From Lama guanicoe (lineage: Eukaryota): a stretch of 64,000 nt of DNA. A model generated the notes under the pieces. The model worked only from the letters and a program-made list of their open reading frames with translations, did not search any database and was not told the DNA's origin. Shown one piece after another: positions 51,113 through 64,000 of the stretch. Each line of letters begins with the position of its first letter. The first letter of the stretch is position 1. The position numbers were made by a program, and so were the translations under genes. Location of the stretch: positions 293,485 through 357,484 of the forward strand of contig MU053352.1 of the NCBI GenBank assembly GCA_013239625.1. Reading direction: 5' to 3'.

Positions 51113-53681
51113 GTAAACCCCATCCCCTGTTCCTTGCCGAAGTCCCGTGTTTGCATCCCGCCCCAGGGCTGGGAGGAGAGGGCGCTCCTGAAAATGCCAG
51201 GCTTGGAGTCTCTGTGTCTGCGTTTCCTGTTTATTGCCAAATCCCTGCAAAGGAAATGCAGCAGTAGTTCTGAAGTGTAGAGCCCTCCAATTTTCCTGCA
51301 GAGTCTGAATTTCCTGCAGAGTCCTCTATTTTGTGCCTTCCTCTCTTCTGTCCATTTCATTCTCCAACCACCAAATCTTTTGAAGCTCTTCTTTTCACCT
51401 CTTGCCCCCACCTTGCAAAGAACCAACAGCATGACAAGTTAAAGTGGTGACAAACTATGGCTTGTGACTATAACTTGTTCAAAAGGTGTCATACAGCCAG
51501 CCAGCTCTTAACTCAGTGTTCCATGCGTAAAGGATACAGAAGAAATAGTTCTTAAATAAACTAGTTATGTAGATATCACCAAATCTAGTTTATGAACCTG
51601 TTTCTTTCTGGAGCAGAGCGGCTTCAAAAGTTGACATTTGCATTTCTGTTCTTGAAGAATTTATAGAATTTTAAGTGAGCTGGAAAGATTTTTTTGTGGT
51701 TTGACCACTGGGAATAGTTGAAAATAATTTCACCAATATCGTTATACCTTCTAATTGAAAAGAAGAGAAGAAAAAAACTTGGGAGTTATATCCCAAATGA
51801 TCTGCTTCAGACCTAGTAGAGAAGCCCTCATATTTATAATCCTTTGGATAAACAGAAACTTTAAACATTTTTTTGCTTTGTCCTTATCATACCTATCGTT
51901 TAAAAATTCAGCAACAAAAAGAGGCCTTAAAATTCTGAACAGCCTGAGAGAGGCCTTGTCTGCATACTTGGGCTCTCTCTCCTGCAGAATCGTTCTGTGT
52001 CATTGAAAAGCTTCTGGAGTATACCATGAAGTTACCCAGCATCTTAGCCAAAACCTCACTGAATAAAAGGGCTTCAAAAAGACACCCAGAACCTGAACGC
52101 AGCTGATGGCAGGTGATTGCCCTAGAGTTAGTCAGAAAAATTTTCCCTCCATATAATGCAGCCATAAAGATATGGCGGTGCGAATCAGTTTGTCCTCAGG
52201 GGTGGTGCACTGCTCCTGTGTGTTGGCCTCTGGAGGCCCAGAGTCATTCTCTGCTCTGCGACTGTGACATCCCACTTCAAATCGTCTTACCTCCTTGAAA
52301 CTGTGTCCATTCCTGAGGCTCGTGTGGAGGGTAATTGTTGGTTTCACCCTGTGAAGATGAGTGACCCTTTGGCCCTTTTTCCTTTTCCAGAACTCTTACC
52401 CACCTGACTTTCCTGATTTCTGGGGGAAGCGGTGGGGGGGATACTTTCTCTCTCCCTTCCTTCCTGTATCTGACATTACATTTACTTTATGCTTTAGTTT
52501 TAATTTATTATATACATGTTTTTAATTTAAGTGGAAGGTTGGAGGGGTGGTGTTTGTGGGAAATTTTTGTTCTCATTGGCCTTAACATCATACGTATCCT
52601 TGGCTTAGAGTTTAGAAGTTTGCTGTTTTCCTAGACATGCTTAGAAATAAATGTTCCAAGTGGTAAATTAGGTAGCCTCAGAAAGCAAGACTTAACAAAG
52701 ATTAATTTATGTTTCCATGGGGTTTTCTCATTAGCACCTCATCTTCCAGCCTTCTGTAATCTAGGTTAAACAGGTTTCTTTTTTTTTTTTTTTTTTTTCC
52801 TTTTTTTTTTTGAGATAAGACAGGCACATGGTTTTTTCTAATTCAGATCACTCAGCTGCTTAATGCATCAGCTGAGCGAGGCCCAGAACGAGGTCTCCTG
52901 ATTCCTGATTTGGTCAGCTCTTTTCCAGCATTCCAAATTGGTGCTAACATTTCTATAAATCTGAATGATCGGTGATTTAGCCATTGAACAAATTTCTCTA
53001 ACTTCCCAGAGGAGATGGATTGGTAGTGTCAGCATACAAATGTCTTATTAACTAAACCTTTACTGTGTCTAAATTCAGCAGAAACTGGTACAGGTTTTAC
53101 TGAGGGGCACCAAGAGCTCTCCAGCATTGCATGTTAATGTGTCTATAAGTGATTAATTCCATTACTTCATCTATAAAAATAAAAATTCAATTATATAGGA
53201 ACCAGCCCTGTCAAAATTTTTAGCCATGTGGCCATGTTTATTGTGAAACTTGGCTTTAAAATAAGATTCCGTCACAGTTGCTCACAGGGTTAAAGAAGTT
53301 GGCAGAGTTTATTTTAATATGGTTAATACAGAGCTGACTAGTGTACTTTTATCTTTAAATTACTTTTTAAAAATCTTTGACACATGCTCAGCAGCTTGAG
53401 TGGAAGGTATAAGGCTCAGAGTCCTCCTGGTTCCCCTCTTCTCTTAGTGCCCTCTGTTGCTCACTCTCTCCTGCCTCTTCCCCACGGCCTGCCTCCCCTC
53501 CAGCGCTAGGCACAGCAGTGTAGTTCTCCTGGCTGGGAGGGAGGCGGTCGTCTTGCTGAGTGACTGTCGCGTGTCTTCCAGGGGCTCTGGCTGAGCACCG
53601 TCCTGAGCCCCCTGTGCATCAGGGCCTCCCTGCTGCCCCACCGCCCTAACCTGTTGCTCTTGTGCCTTTGCTCCATGCCAG

Positions 53682-53753
53682 CCACACCCTGTTACCGTAT
53701 GTGCCTATCCCGAGCGTGGAGGCTGCTTATACCACCAGCGGCAGTCACATGAG
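53682..53753 (+). CDS. PRR14L: PRR14L exon 5 (72 nt): HTLLPYVPIPSVEAAYTTSGSHM(R)
   Basis: tgccag acceptor, AG|gtgagc donor, phase 2-2. Confidence 0.88.
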
Positions 53754-54273
53754 GTGAGCCCCCAGAGCTCTGGCCAAGTGTGTGTCCGTGTGTCCGTCCA
53801 CTAGCAGCCAGTGTGTCAGGCGTGGTGTGATTCCGACCTCTTGTTCTCCTTCTGAACCTGATCTGTGCCTCTCGGATGAACAATCTGAGACTCAGCCTCA
53901 GGACTGTGTCACTAAGGATGTGTAATCACTACCACTTAGTGAAAAAAGTCGATCACCAGCCACATTGTACCACAAGTCCCCTCTCAAGCTATTCTCTGGT
54001 CACTTAGCTGAGCTCAGTGCCCAGATAGGGTTGATCTCATCCAAACACAATACATTTGTTCAGTTCACTAGATTTCTTCTTCCCTTCCCCAAAAGCCTTT
54101 CATTTTACATTTGTCCTTATTCATAGCGTTTTCTTTATTTCATTATTCCACCGCATTCTCGTACTTTTTTACATAGGTGGACACAGGCTATGTCCAGAAG
54201 TAATTAGAGGACAGGTTGGTTGAAAACGTCATTCAGCTCTGGTCTGGATGTTAAGATGAATGTACCAGATTAG

Positions 54274-54531
<258 letters not shown>

Positions 54532-55039
54532 TAGAGGTGTCCGTCTATGACCACGGGTCACAAGGCAGGTACAGACGGGCCCCTGAGTGTCTTCACTTAA
54601 CCACCTTTAACTCCTGCTGAGTACTGGAGATGGCCAAGGCGGGAGCTCTTCTGTTTGGCCACTAAAGGATACCTTCATCCCTCCATCTCCATTTTTTCTT
54701 GATGACAGTATTTAGAGAATTGGACCACAGAGCAAGCGGCCTCATGCATTCAAAGACAAGTGAACAAAGGTGCTTTTTAATTTTGCCATGTCTGCTGTCT
54801 CCAGCAGTTGCAAACTTCCTTATTGATCATCTCAGTACCTGAACTGCATGGACAGGGGTATCACAGGACAGGTGCTGGGAACACTGTCGGCAGCAGCAGG
54901 AGGGGACGCTGGGTCACCCACTGCTCACTGACGTCATCTGCACACTGAGGAAGCAGTGTCTTGAGTATCAAGAAAAGGGCCTTTATATATTTAGAAAGTC
55001 TGACAACCTGACCGTCTTTCTTCTTACCCTTAAAAATAG

Positions 55040-55147
<108 letters not shown>

Positions 55148-56139
55148 TGAGCTCGTCCTCCCTCCCACGTGGGTGCGCCTTTTGGGAGACTTGGGCAAAA
55201 TGTGATGACCTTTTGGATGATTATATACTCTGGGCTATTTTTTACACATCTAGGAGTTTATCCAAAAGAATCCGTTGGTAGTGTGGCCAGAGATTTACGT
55301 GTACGGGTAGCTGCAGGCGTTCTCAGGCATTTTTATCGATCTCTGTGTCAGGTATTGTGCTGTTCCTTCATGTGCACAATCCCAGGCCGTCCTCTGCGGT
55401 GCTGGGAGGCAGGCACTGCTGTGGTCCCCAGGTTAGGTGAGGCTGCCTGGGCTCAGTGGCTCAGAAGAAGCCCCTGTTAGGCCGCAGCATCCGTCATTGC
55501 CACAGGGGGTTCCTGTCTCACACAGGTTTCACCCCACGGCCCAAGCTCCCAGCACCCTGTGCACAAAACTGGGAAGGGACCTAAATGTCACAAGGGAAAG
55601 AAGTTTAGTGTCTTTTTTTTTTTTTTTTCAAGAAAATGCCAGATCCACATTTTGGTCTACATTATAGCCTTTAAAAATTTGAATTTATTTTTTACGACTG
55701 AGATGATTTTGCTGATCCCCATAAAGTGAAGTGGAAAAGAAGATCAGATGACTGAATTATGTATTAGGTGTGATTCCAAATTATGTATTTGACATGATTC
55801 CAGTTGTGGATTGATGAGTATTACACAGACACTATGAAAATATAAACATTTTTAAAAAGATCTCCAGAGGTATGGTTTCTTGTGGATTTCACGCCTTCAT
55901 TCCTCATCAGCAAATGGGAGCCTGAGAGTATCCCTCAAGTAACCCAAGGCGAGTTATTTAACTTCGTGAGCTTGAAGGACTTGTGTGTAAAATGTGAACA
56001 AGAATTCCCGACACTTGAGATTGCTGTACAGTCCAACGGAGGAAAGACTGTGCTCTGTATCTGTTTCACTGCTTCACACAACACAGATGCAGTAGTTAAC
56101 TGTTGCTGTGCTCATAATCGACCTTCTTCTACTTTTCCC

Positions 56140-56501
56140 ATGTGGTTTTGTAAAAGTTGTTGTCTGTTTTAAGAAATTGCCACAGTCACCTCAGCCTTAA
56201 ACTGCCACCACCCTGATCAGTCAGCAAGCATCAATATTGAGGCAGAACCCTCCACCAGCAAAAAAAAAAATTACTTGATGATGGTTAGCATTTTTTAGTA
56301 AGAAAGTATTTTTTAATGAAGACTATTTACATTGTTTTTTAGACATAATCTTGCACAGTTAATAGACTACAGTATAGTGTAAACATAACTTTCATACACA
56401 CCCGGAAAGCAGACATTTTGTGTGACTTGCTTTATTGTGAGAATCGCTTTATTCTGGGGGTCTGGAGTCAAAACCCACCACGTCTACAAGGTATGTCTGT
56501 A
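56140..56501 (+). mobile_element. Tigger1-like DNA transposon 3' end
   Basis: gaaattgccacag...accaccctgatcagtcagca...aatagactacagtatagtgtaaacataactt...aggtatgtctg|ta (terminal repeat plus TA). Confidence 0.85.
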
Positions 56502-56656
56502 AAAATTCTTAAGACTTCTGGTTTTATATAAACCATTTCTGAAGTCATGGAAGTAAGAGACATCGTTTCTCAAAAACAGATTTTGAGAAATGCCTGATGT
56601 TTTGTCTCTGGCCTTATAAATTTATAGGTTTGTTCTAACTCAGAACCAAAAAGCCA

Positions 56657-56748
56657 TTTTTTAAAAATTGAAGTACAGTCAGTTACCATATGTCAATCTC
56701 TGGTATACAGCACAATGTCCCAGGCGTGCATATACATATATATATTTG
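56657..56748 (-). mobile_element. Short young L1 3' end
   Basis: attgaagtacagtcagttacc...tctctggtatacagcacaatgtccca; reverse complement of the family at 18932-19029. Confidence 0.8.
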
Positions 56749-56799
56749 TCTCCCACCTGGGGGACAACAAAGAAAACCACCTTCCCCAAATCCAGTCCC

Positions 56800-58540
56800 T
56801 GTGCAGAGGAAGAGAACTCACCTTTGAGCATTTATAGCCACAAGCTGCCCCTCTCCTGGATTTGCAGCCTGAATCCATGCCTCCTGGGCAGACTGAAAAA
56901 AACTTTAGGCTGAGAATTCAGTTTGCAGTGGTCCCTGGTTTGTAGTTCCCTCAGGCTCCTGACAGAAACAAATATATCATTTCAAGAAATCCACTTCCCA
57001 ATCTGGTCGTAAATAAAAGTTAAGGGAGGGGATGTAAAACAATTCACAGTAAACTTCGAAGCATGGAGGGAAACAAGGGTTTCGTGCCTGAGTGCCAGTG
57101 GACCTAACGATGACTCAAATCTGAGACGACCCCTGATACTGGGATTATTGGAGAAGAATATAATTTAGTATGTTTTATATGTTTAGGGAAATAAAAATGG
57201 ATTGAATAAAAGATCAAAAGACTTGAAACTGACCAAGTGGATTTGTAACGTAACCAGAGAAAATTTCTTAAATATGTGAAATAGAGTGATCAGAATAAAA
57301 CCACGGTAGATGAGTTTAACAGCAGATTAAACAGAGCTCAGTAGAACTAAAGAAATGGAAAACATGCGTGAACAAATGTCCGCTATGAAGCACAGAAACA
57401 AAAAAAGATGGGAAATATAGAAAGGGAGGGTGAGAGGTATGGAGACAATTTAAAGGATCTAGCAGACATCTAAGCAGAGTTCCAGGAGGAGGAGGAGAAG
57501 GGGGACGGTGAAGGCTGGTGAAAGATTCTAATCCCAAGCAGAATCAGTGGAAAGGATTTCATACCTAACTGCGTCTTAAGAAAACTGCAGGGTTCCAAAG
57601 ATAAAGATGATCTTAAGAGAAGCCAGGGAACTATAAATAACAGACACAAAAATCTTCAAAATACAAGCAATTCCTTGTTTTGGAAACTGTTAAACAAAGG
57701 GAAAGAACGAAGCATACCTCCTGCTTTTCCTACACAAACGGTTCCTCCTGGTTTGTGGACGAGCCTGAAGCTTTCTTTAGGTGGAAGAATTCTACTGAAA
57801 GAATGGTAGACTGTCACCATGTGCAACCCTGATGAACTAATAAATATATTCAATACTTGTCAGTGACTGCTAACACACAGAAAGGGTGACAGCCGGGTAT
57901 CACGGCCCTCATGAGGGAAGGGAGTATACACCACCATCTAAAAGTCTGCCCATCAGAAGACCCGAACACCTGACTCACTTGTATCTACCTAGTTACCAGC
58001 CTATAGGAGGTACGTAGAGCGTGCCCCACACGTTTGGGGCAGAGGAACATGTTAATTGACACTCTGTGGATGTTATCAAGATCTAGACTGGGGAAGCCAC
58101 AGACCAAACGGCCTGGTTTCTTCAAAAAATGACAGAATAAGATGCAATAGAACACTACTATACTATACTGTACTACTATAAATTGGGATGGTATTGATCA
58201 GACTTAGAAGTTCCAGCGACCTTGTGTTGTTTGGGAAGAGGGTAGAAGTACCGATGCACTTTGGTTTCTAAGGTAAATATGCTCATTCAAATTCTTGCCA
58301 GCCGCCAGACGAGCAGAATCGTGTGTAGTTTTCAAGCCAGGAGAGGAGGATAAGAAACAGAGAGGACAGTCAAGGAAAAGAAGAGAAGTAGGACAAGAAG
58401 AAGCTGTAAAATAACAGGTCAAACCCAGTGATATCATTCCCAGTAAATAAAACTGGGCTAACAGGCACAGAGCCGAGGATGGGCAGCCCAGACCAGAAAG
58501 TCCACTGCGCGTCTGCATGGGGCACGCATAAAGCTCCTCA
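56800..58540 (+). mobile_element. Highly decayed L1 fragments
   Basis: A-rich plus strand with L1 ORF1-like and L1MC/MD 3'-like segments; family uncertain. Confidence 0.45.
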
Positions 58541-58568
58541 CAGGAAGGTTGAAAGGGAAAGAAGGTAA

Positions 58569-58808
<240 letters not shown>

Positions 58809-59891
58809 TGACCACAACTAGAACTGAGATTTTTAGTTCCCCACACTCGATGTGGGGTCGGTGGTAGGAAGGGAAAGAAATGTGTCACGTTAGGTCGTCT
58901 CTCAGTTTGGGCTTGCGTTTTTAGCAAATAGGCCGCTGTCTTCAGAACTGATACTCATTGGGTCTTTGGATATGACTCCAAACCCTAACAGAAAGAGAGT
59001 CACTGGGCTACCATTGGGTCTAACTTCAGTTCAAGTCATTGAACATTTATTCAGTTCCCGTTGTGTCTAGGACGTAGCAGGCGAGATTTATCCTGCAAGG
59101 TGAGCATTCGCTTGGAGGCGTTTGTACAATACAAGGCTGCTCCTTGCAGCGTTGCTAAATGTCAGGGAAGGATTGGAAACAACTTAAAATATCCGTGAAT
59201 CAGGTTCTGATTAAATTACAGTCCATCCTTATAATGGGATACACTGCAGAGCCATTTAAAAGAATGAATCAGATACCCGTGTACCTGGGTGGGACAGGCT
59301 TAAAGGTTACCGAGAGGTCAGAGAGGCACAGTGTACAGGACAGTGCGTGTCCTCTGCTATCACTTGAGTAAGGGAAAAACCAGAGCGTCGCGTAGATGTC
59401 GCCGGTCAGCAGACCCCAGGCCAGATCCAGCCAGCAACCCGTTTTCTTCCCTTTATTTCCCGGCCTATGAGCTAGGAATGATTCCTATCTTTTTAAAGGT
59501 TTTTTTGTGTGTTTTGTTTTTTGTTTTTGAAAAGACTGTTGCAGAGACCTGTGTGGCTCATTAATATTTTAATATTTTTTATATATTTATAAATAAAGTA
59601 TTTTTAATATTTTAAAATATTTGCCCCCGGCCCGTCACAGAGAGGGGCTGCCCTCTGGTGGTGCACACCTGCTTACAGACGTGTGTCTGTACGTGGCTTT
59701 GGGAGGACACACCAAACACTCTTGCTGCTGTTGCCCATGGGGGGGTTCACCTCACTTTAATTCTTTACCCTTTTGTCCAGTTTTCGTTTCTTCACCATGT
59801 GCTTGTAGTGTGTATTCATTCATTTGTGTTTTTTCATCAAAAAAAATAGCTGCAAGCCAGAGGAAACAGCTGAGTCGGGCTAGGGGGCTGA

Positions 59892-60218
<327 letters not shown>

Positions 60219-63200
60219 GAAGCAATTCGGGCTGAGGAGGTCTCAGTTCTGGACCTTCTGGGCCTCCTTGGACGAGGTTGCCTAGTCTAGCCCTACTGCC
60301 CAGACCACTCACATGCAGTCTACGATTCTCACCTGTTTCCGAGAGCGGCCTTTCTAGGGGCTGGTGAAGGAGGGTCCTCGAGCTTGTACTGCTGAGTCTA
60401 GAACCTCAGGAACGCTCCCTTTCTCCTGGAAACGGTCCTGAACAGCATCGGCCTCCTCTCCCCACTCTGCTGTCCGCAGGAGGAAGACGCAGCATCCCTT
60501 CAGTAACACTAGGATTCCAAGGACTCCGTGTTTGCACGTCCATGCAAAGGTTCTGCGCTGTTTACGGTGGTGCTAGACCAAGATTATTTAGAGACGTGGC
60601 CCAGGGAGGGGGACCTGGCGTCCTGTCCCGCGTGGTCTCGCTGGCTCACTTCAGTAGCTGAGGAAAGATGAGCTGTTGTGTTTTCTAATCCTTTGAGTCC
60701 CTCTGTCCAGAACCGGGAGCGTGTGTGTCCGTGTGCGTGTGTGTCCATGTGCTTTTCCCCATCATTTTCTCCCCTCTGTGACTGTGGGTCACTAGTGCCA
60801 GAGGAGCCCGTCCAGGCCCCCTTCGAAGTAAGTTGCACTTTTTAATGTTGTGGTGTTGATTATTTTCATTTGTTTTATTTTTTTTCTTTTTTTTTTTTGT
60901 ATTATTGCTGCATGTTTGGAGCCTTTAAATGTGATTTTAAAACAATTTTTTTAAGACATCAAGGAGAGAGACAATACACGTCTTCAGAACACACAACAGG
61001 CATCTGACCCAGTTTGTCAGTGCACAGGGTGTGAGCAGAGGGCCTCTTTCCAGCTCACGCATTTCCAGCAGCCCCTTCCCCACCTCCAGCTCCTCACAGA
61101 ATGCATTAGAGGGAGCTCCATTTTCACCTGGGTTCTCATTCTTGCCCGTGAAGTAGATGTGTTTATTTTAACGGCAGAAGTAAGAGCAGGTCTCTCTCCG
61201 AGTTGTTTAAAAAGTCCAAAGGATGGGGGTGGTCTCGGTGGGTTCACCTGCATAGTGGTCCGTGGCAGGGGTGGGCGCAGCTGTCGGAGCAGCCTGCTCC
61301 ACATGTGGGGAGAGGAGGCGGGGTCACAGTTCCATGGCCAGCCCCACCTCAGGCACCTCATTGTACTCTGGGCTCCTGTGTCAAACCTACTGGAAATTCG
61401 TAGAATGCCGAACAGAGCTGGCTGGGCTTTGTGGCAGTCTGTGGGCAGAAGGCTCAGAAGGGTGCGCAGTGGGAGTCGGAGGGCCTGAGGTTTCCTTCCT
61501 TCTCCACTTACTGGTCGTGTGCCCTCCCCTGCTTCCCCTTCTCCTTCCCTTGTGTTCTCTCTCTCTCTCACTTGCTGTCTCCCTCACTGTCTCGCTTACT
61601 CACTCTCAAGACGAGTGCAGAGAATTCACATTCCTTGCTGGTGGGAGGGATGCTCAGCCCCCTCCTCACCTCAGGACACTGGTCCCCTCCTCCATCCTCC
61701 GAGGAGCAGCGCCGCCGGAAACGGTCAGGCTCTGGGGACCATGTCTCCTGGGTTCCTTCAGTGTCCCCGTTTGTTAGTGGGTAGGGGTAGGGGGTCTCTA
61801 CGTGCCTTTCCTTTGCAGGTTGACCATCGGTGCCACACTGGAGCAGAAAAACTGACAATGCAAGGAAAACAAAGTGCCACTCCCGTCTTGCAGGCCCCCA
61901 GCCTCAGACATAGCGTTTAGGAAATGAAATACGCCCAGGCATCCATGTGGCTTCTAAGGCTGAGTGGCATCAGAGGAGAGCCTGGCTTCCACACTGGCTC
62001 TGAGTGATGCGAACCAGATTCCGCTGCTGTGCGTCCGCTTTGCCCAGACTGTGTAGACACGACCTGTGTCTCACCTCGGTACCTCCCTTCCTGGGACAGG
62101 GTCCTTAGGCACAAAGGCTTCTCGCTGTGTTTTTGCTTAAAAGAGTGGGATGAGTCTGTGCTCATGTGGATATTTTTAGGGAGCTCCTGCTGGACGGCTT
62201 GCAAACTCCTAGCAGATCATCTGAGCCCTGCTCACCAGCTCCATTGCCAGTGTAGACAAGTCAGCACCTTGGCAACCACGTCATCCTGCAGACTGAAGTT
62301 GTGGGTGCAGCTGTGCCGTCACCAGCCTTGTGGAGATGCAGTTTCCGGTTCACCTGGGGCAAGCGTGGCACTTGGAAGGGCCAGAAGTGGTGATTTGGAA
62401 CATTGGCTTCTGGGAAGGGAGGCTTGGAGAAAGTGGAAACTGGGGGCCCTCCTTGTCCTGGGAATGCAGGAGAAAGCTCTCTGAGGCCAACCCCTCCCTG
62501 TGTTCTTGGCCTGCCTCTGGCCCCAGCCCTTCCTTATTTCGAAGTGAAGAAAGGGCCCCCATAGCAAACTTGAAATTGCTCACCTGAAGTTGCCACATAG
62601 GATTTTAGCTCAGCCCCACCTGTCTTAACCTCCATGTTTACTGTCAGCCTAGCCAGCTGCAGCACCACCCATGGTCCTCAGAGCTCGAGGTGCCTGCTCC
62701 TGTCGGGGACCCCGGGTGGCTGCGGGCCACCCCCTGCCCGGAGTCACGGGCAGTCTGCTGCTGGCTTGGGAGTGGGTGCAGTTTCCAAGAACGGGAGGCT
62801 TCCCACCCCAAGCGATAGGGAGTGTGGTTAATAATAACTAATTTGACTTTAAGCTCAAGAGATTAAGTGTTTTTAATATGGGAAAGAGGAGAAATCTCAG
62901 GTCCAATCAGCTTTTCACTGAAGTTTTCAACTGTGTTTTTGTTTCCCATCCGTCAGTTTTGAGCTATGTTTGCCCTTCCCCCCCTTCCTCTCCTTCTGTC
63001 TTTTGGTTTCCTTTCCAGCTTCGTTTCTCTGTTCGTTTAAACGCACCTCATCGCGTTACAGCAGATCATGTCTGTGTTTTCTCACTGACCTTCCTCGGGG
63101 AGCGGCAGCTGCGGGAGGGAGAGTGGAGAGACATGTAGCGATTGCCTTACTTGGAGCCCGGAGAGCTCAGAAACTCGCGCTGTGAGTCCCAAAACTCAGC

Positions 63201-64000
63201 GCTCCCCCAGAGCTGTGAAAATCATGACAGTCTGTCACAATTTTGCCTGAAAGGGTCTTTTGCGCGGGCACCAGAGCCAACCTAAGGTGAATTCTAGACC
63301 CCACCCCACATACGATCCTCCCCACCCGCCAGGCTGAGAGCAGCAGAGGGTGCGGCCGGGCAGCCAACCCAGGACGGAAACAGCCAGTGCTCTGTCTCCA
63401 GGCTAGGATTTCATCTCATCACCAATACCGTGTACATTAAAGTCCGCGAAAGTCCAACTTTTAGGCAGCGGTACTTTTCTCCCATCCCCTGGGGGGAGAG
63501 TATGCAGTTGGTGCTTTCTTGAATTCCCTTGTTATGTTTTGTTTCCATAAGCTTTTCCCCGAATCATGGAAAGGACCCCTGAACACCGTACTGTGGGCAG
63601 CTGTATCCAGAGTCTCAGTTATTGGCCAGAGGTGCAGCATGCCCTTTCCTGGACTCATGCAAGAGAAGGGCTCCTCACCACAGCTGAACTTCTCATAGAA
63701 GTAAAAAGCTGACTGGAAAGGAAGGATTAATTTTACTAAAATCAAAGGTTAGTATGACCACCTAGCCACAAATCAAGCAGCAAAGTCCATTTATTTTGAT
63801 GGCGAAGTGAGGGTCCCTGTCCCGTTGGCCACCCAGCACAGCAAACCCTCGGGTTCAATGCCTGTTCACTGTGTGTCTTCACGAACCCCTCTCTGGTGCT
63901 GAATCAGATTTTAATTCTTGGTGAGAGGCCTCAGCATCTCCTTGGGCTGTTCTGGGCCGGAAAATCGCTGCCTGAAGTGTTTATATATTATCATGGTCAG
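60219..64000 (+). other. PRR14L: PRR14L 3' UTR (end not determined)
   Basis: Repeat-poor sequence after the stop with U-rich and GU-rich blocks; no AATAAA seen, one ATTAAA at 63436-63441. Confidence 0.7.

Noticed and set aside
51289..51325. Short tandem duplication tttcctgcagagtc (similar events at 28141-28160 and 55756-55802)
   Set aside because: Two-copy slippage duplications; no array or spacer structure
50618..51432. Overlapping alternative-frame and antisense ORFs at the end of PRR14L exon 4
   Set aside because: By-products of GC-rich coding sequence; the 220-aa ORF starts at GTG and runs into the intron with no supporting signals
61017..62600. Several 100-180 aa ORFs downstream of the PRR14L stop
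   Set aside because: Within the presumed 3' UTR, overlapping in many frames, no recognisable products or exon structure

Overview
Mammalian genomic DNA, not microbial. The tRNA-Ala-derived SINEs and young L1 3' ends point to a camelid (inference). The window holds two divergently transcribed genes. (1) On the minus strand is the 5' part of DEPDC5 (GATOR1 subunit): a CpG-island promoter at about 22.9-23.7 kb and 14 coding exons from the ATG at 22259 down to 136, giving 1081 coding nt. All introns are GT-AG with consistent phase, and the gene continues off the left edge. (2) On the plus strand is PRR14L: a CpG-island promoter at about 25.9-26.6 kb, 8 coding exons from ATG 33387 to TGA 60218 (6384 nt, 2127 aa) including a 5137-nt exon, and a long 3' UTR that probably runs past the right edge. 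Introns contain L1, L2, MIR, SINE, MaLR and DNA-transposon remnants. Most ORFs in the supplied track are spurious. I found no convincing novel multi-gene system. The best leads are regulatory: an in-frame uORF before the DEPDC5 start, a start-stop/spliced uORF in PRR14L, inverted SINE pairs flanking frame-preserving DEPDC5 exon pairs, a cryptic exon in DEPDC5 intron 7, possible intronic polyadenylation after the giant PRR14L exon, and a likely folded unnamed region in PRR14L. Exon numbers assume one non-coding first exon. Repeat family names are by-eye recognitions with approximate boundaries.
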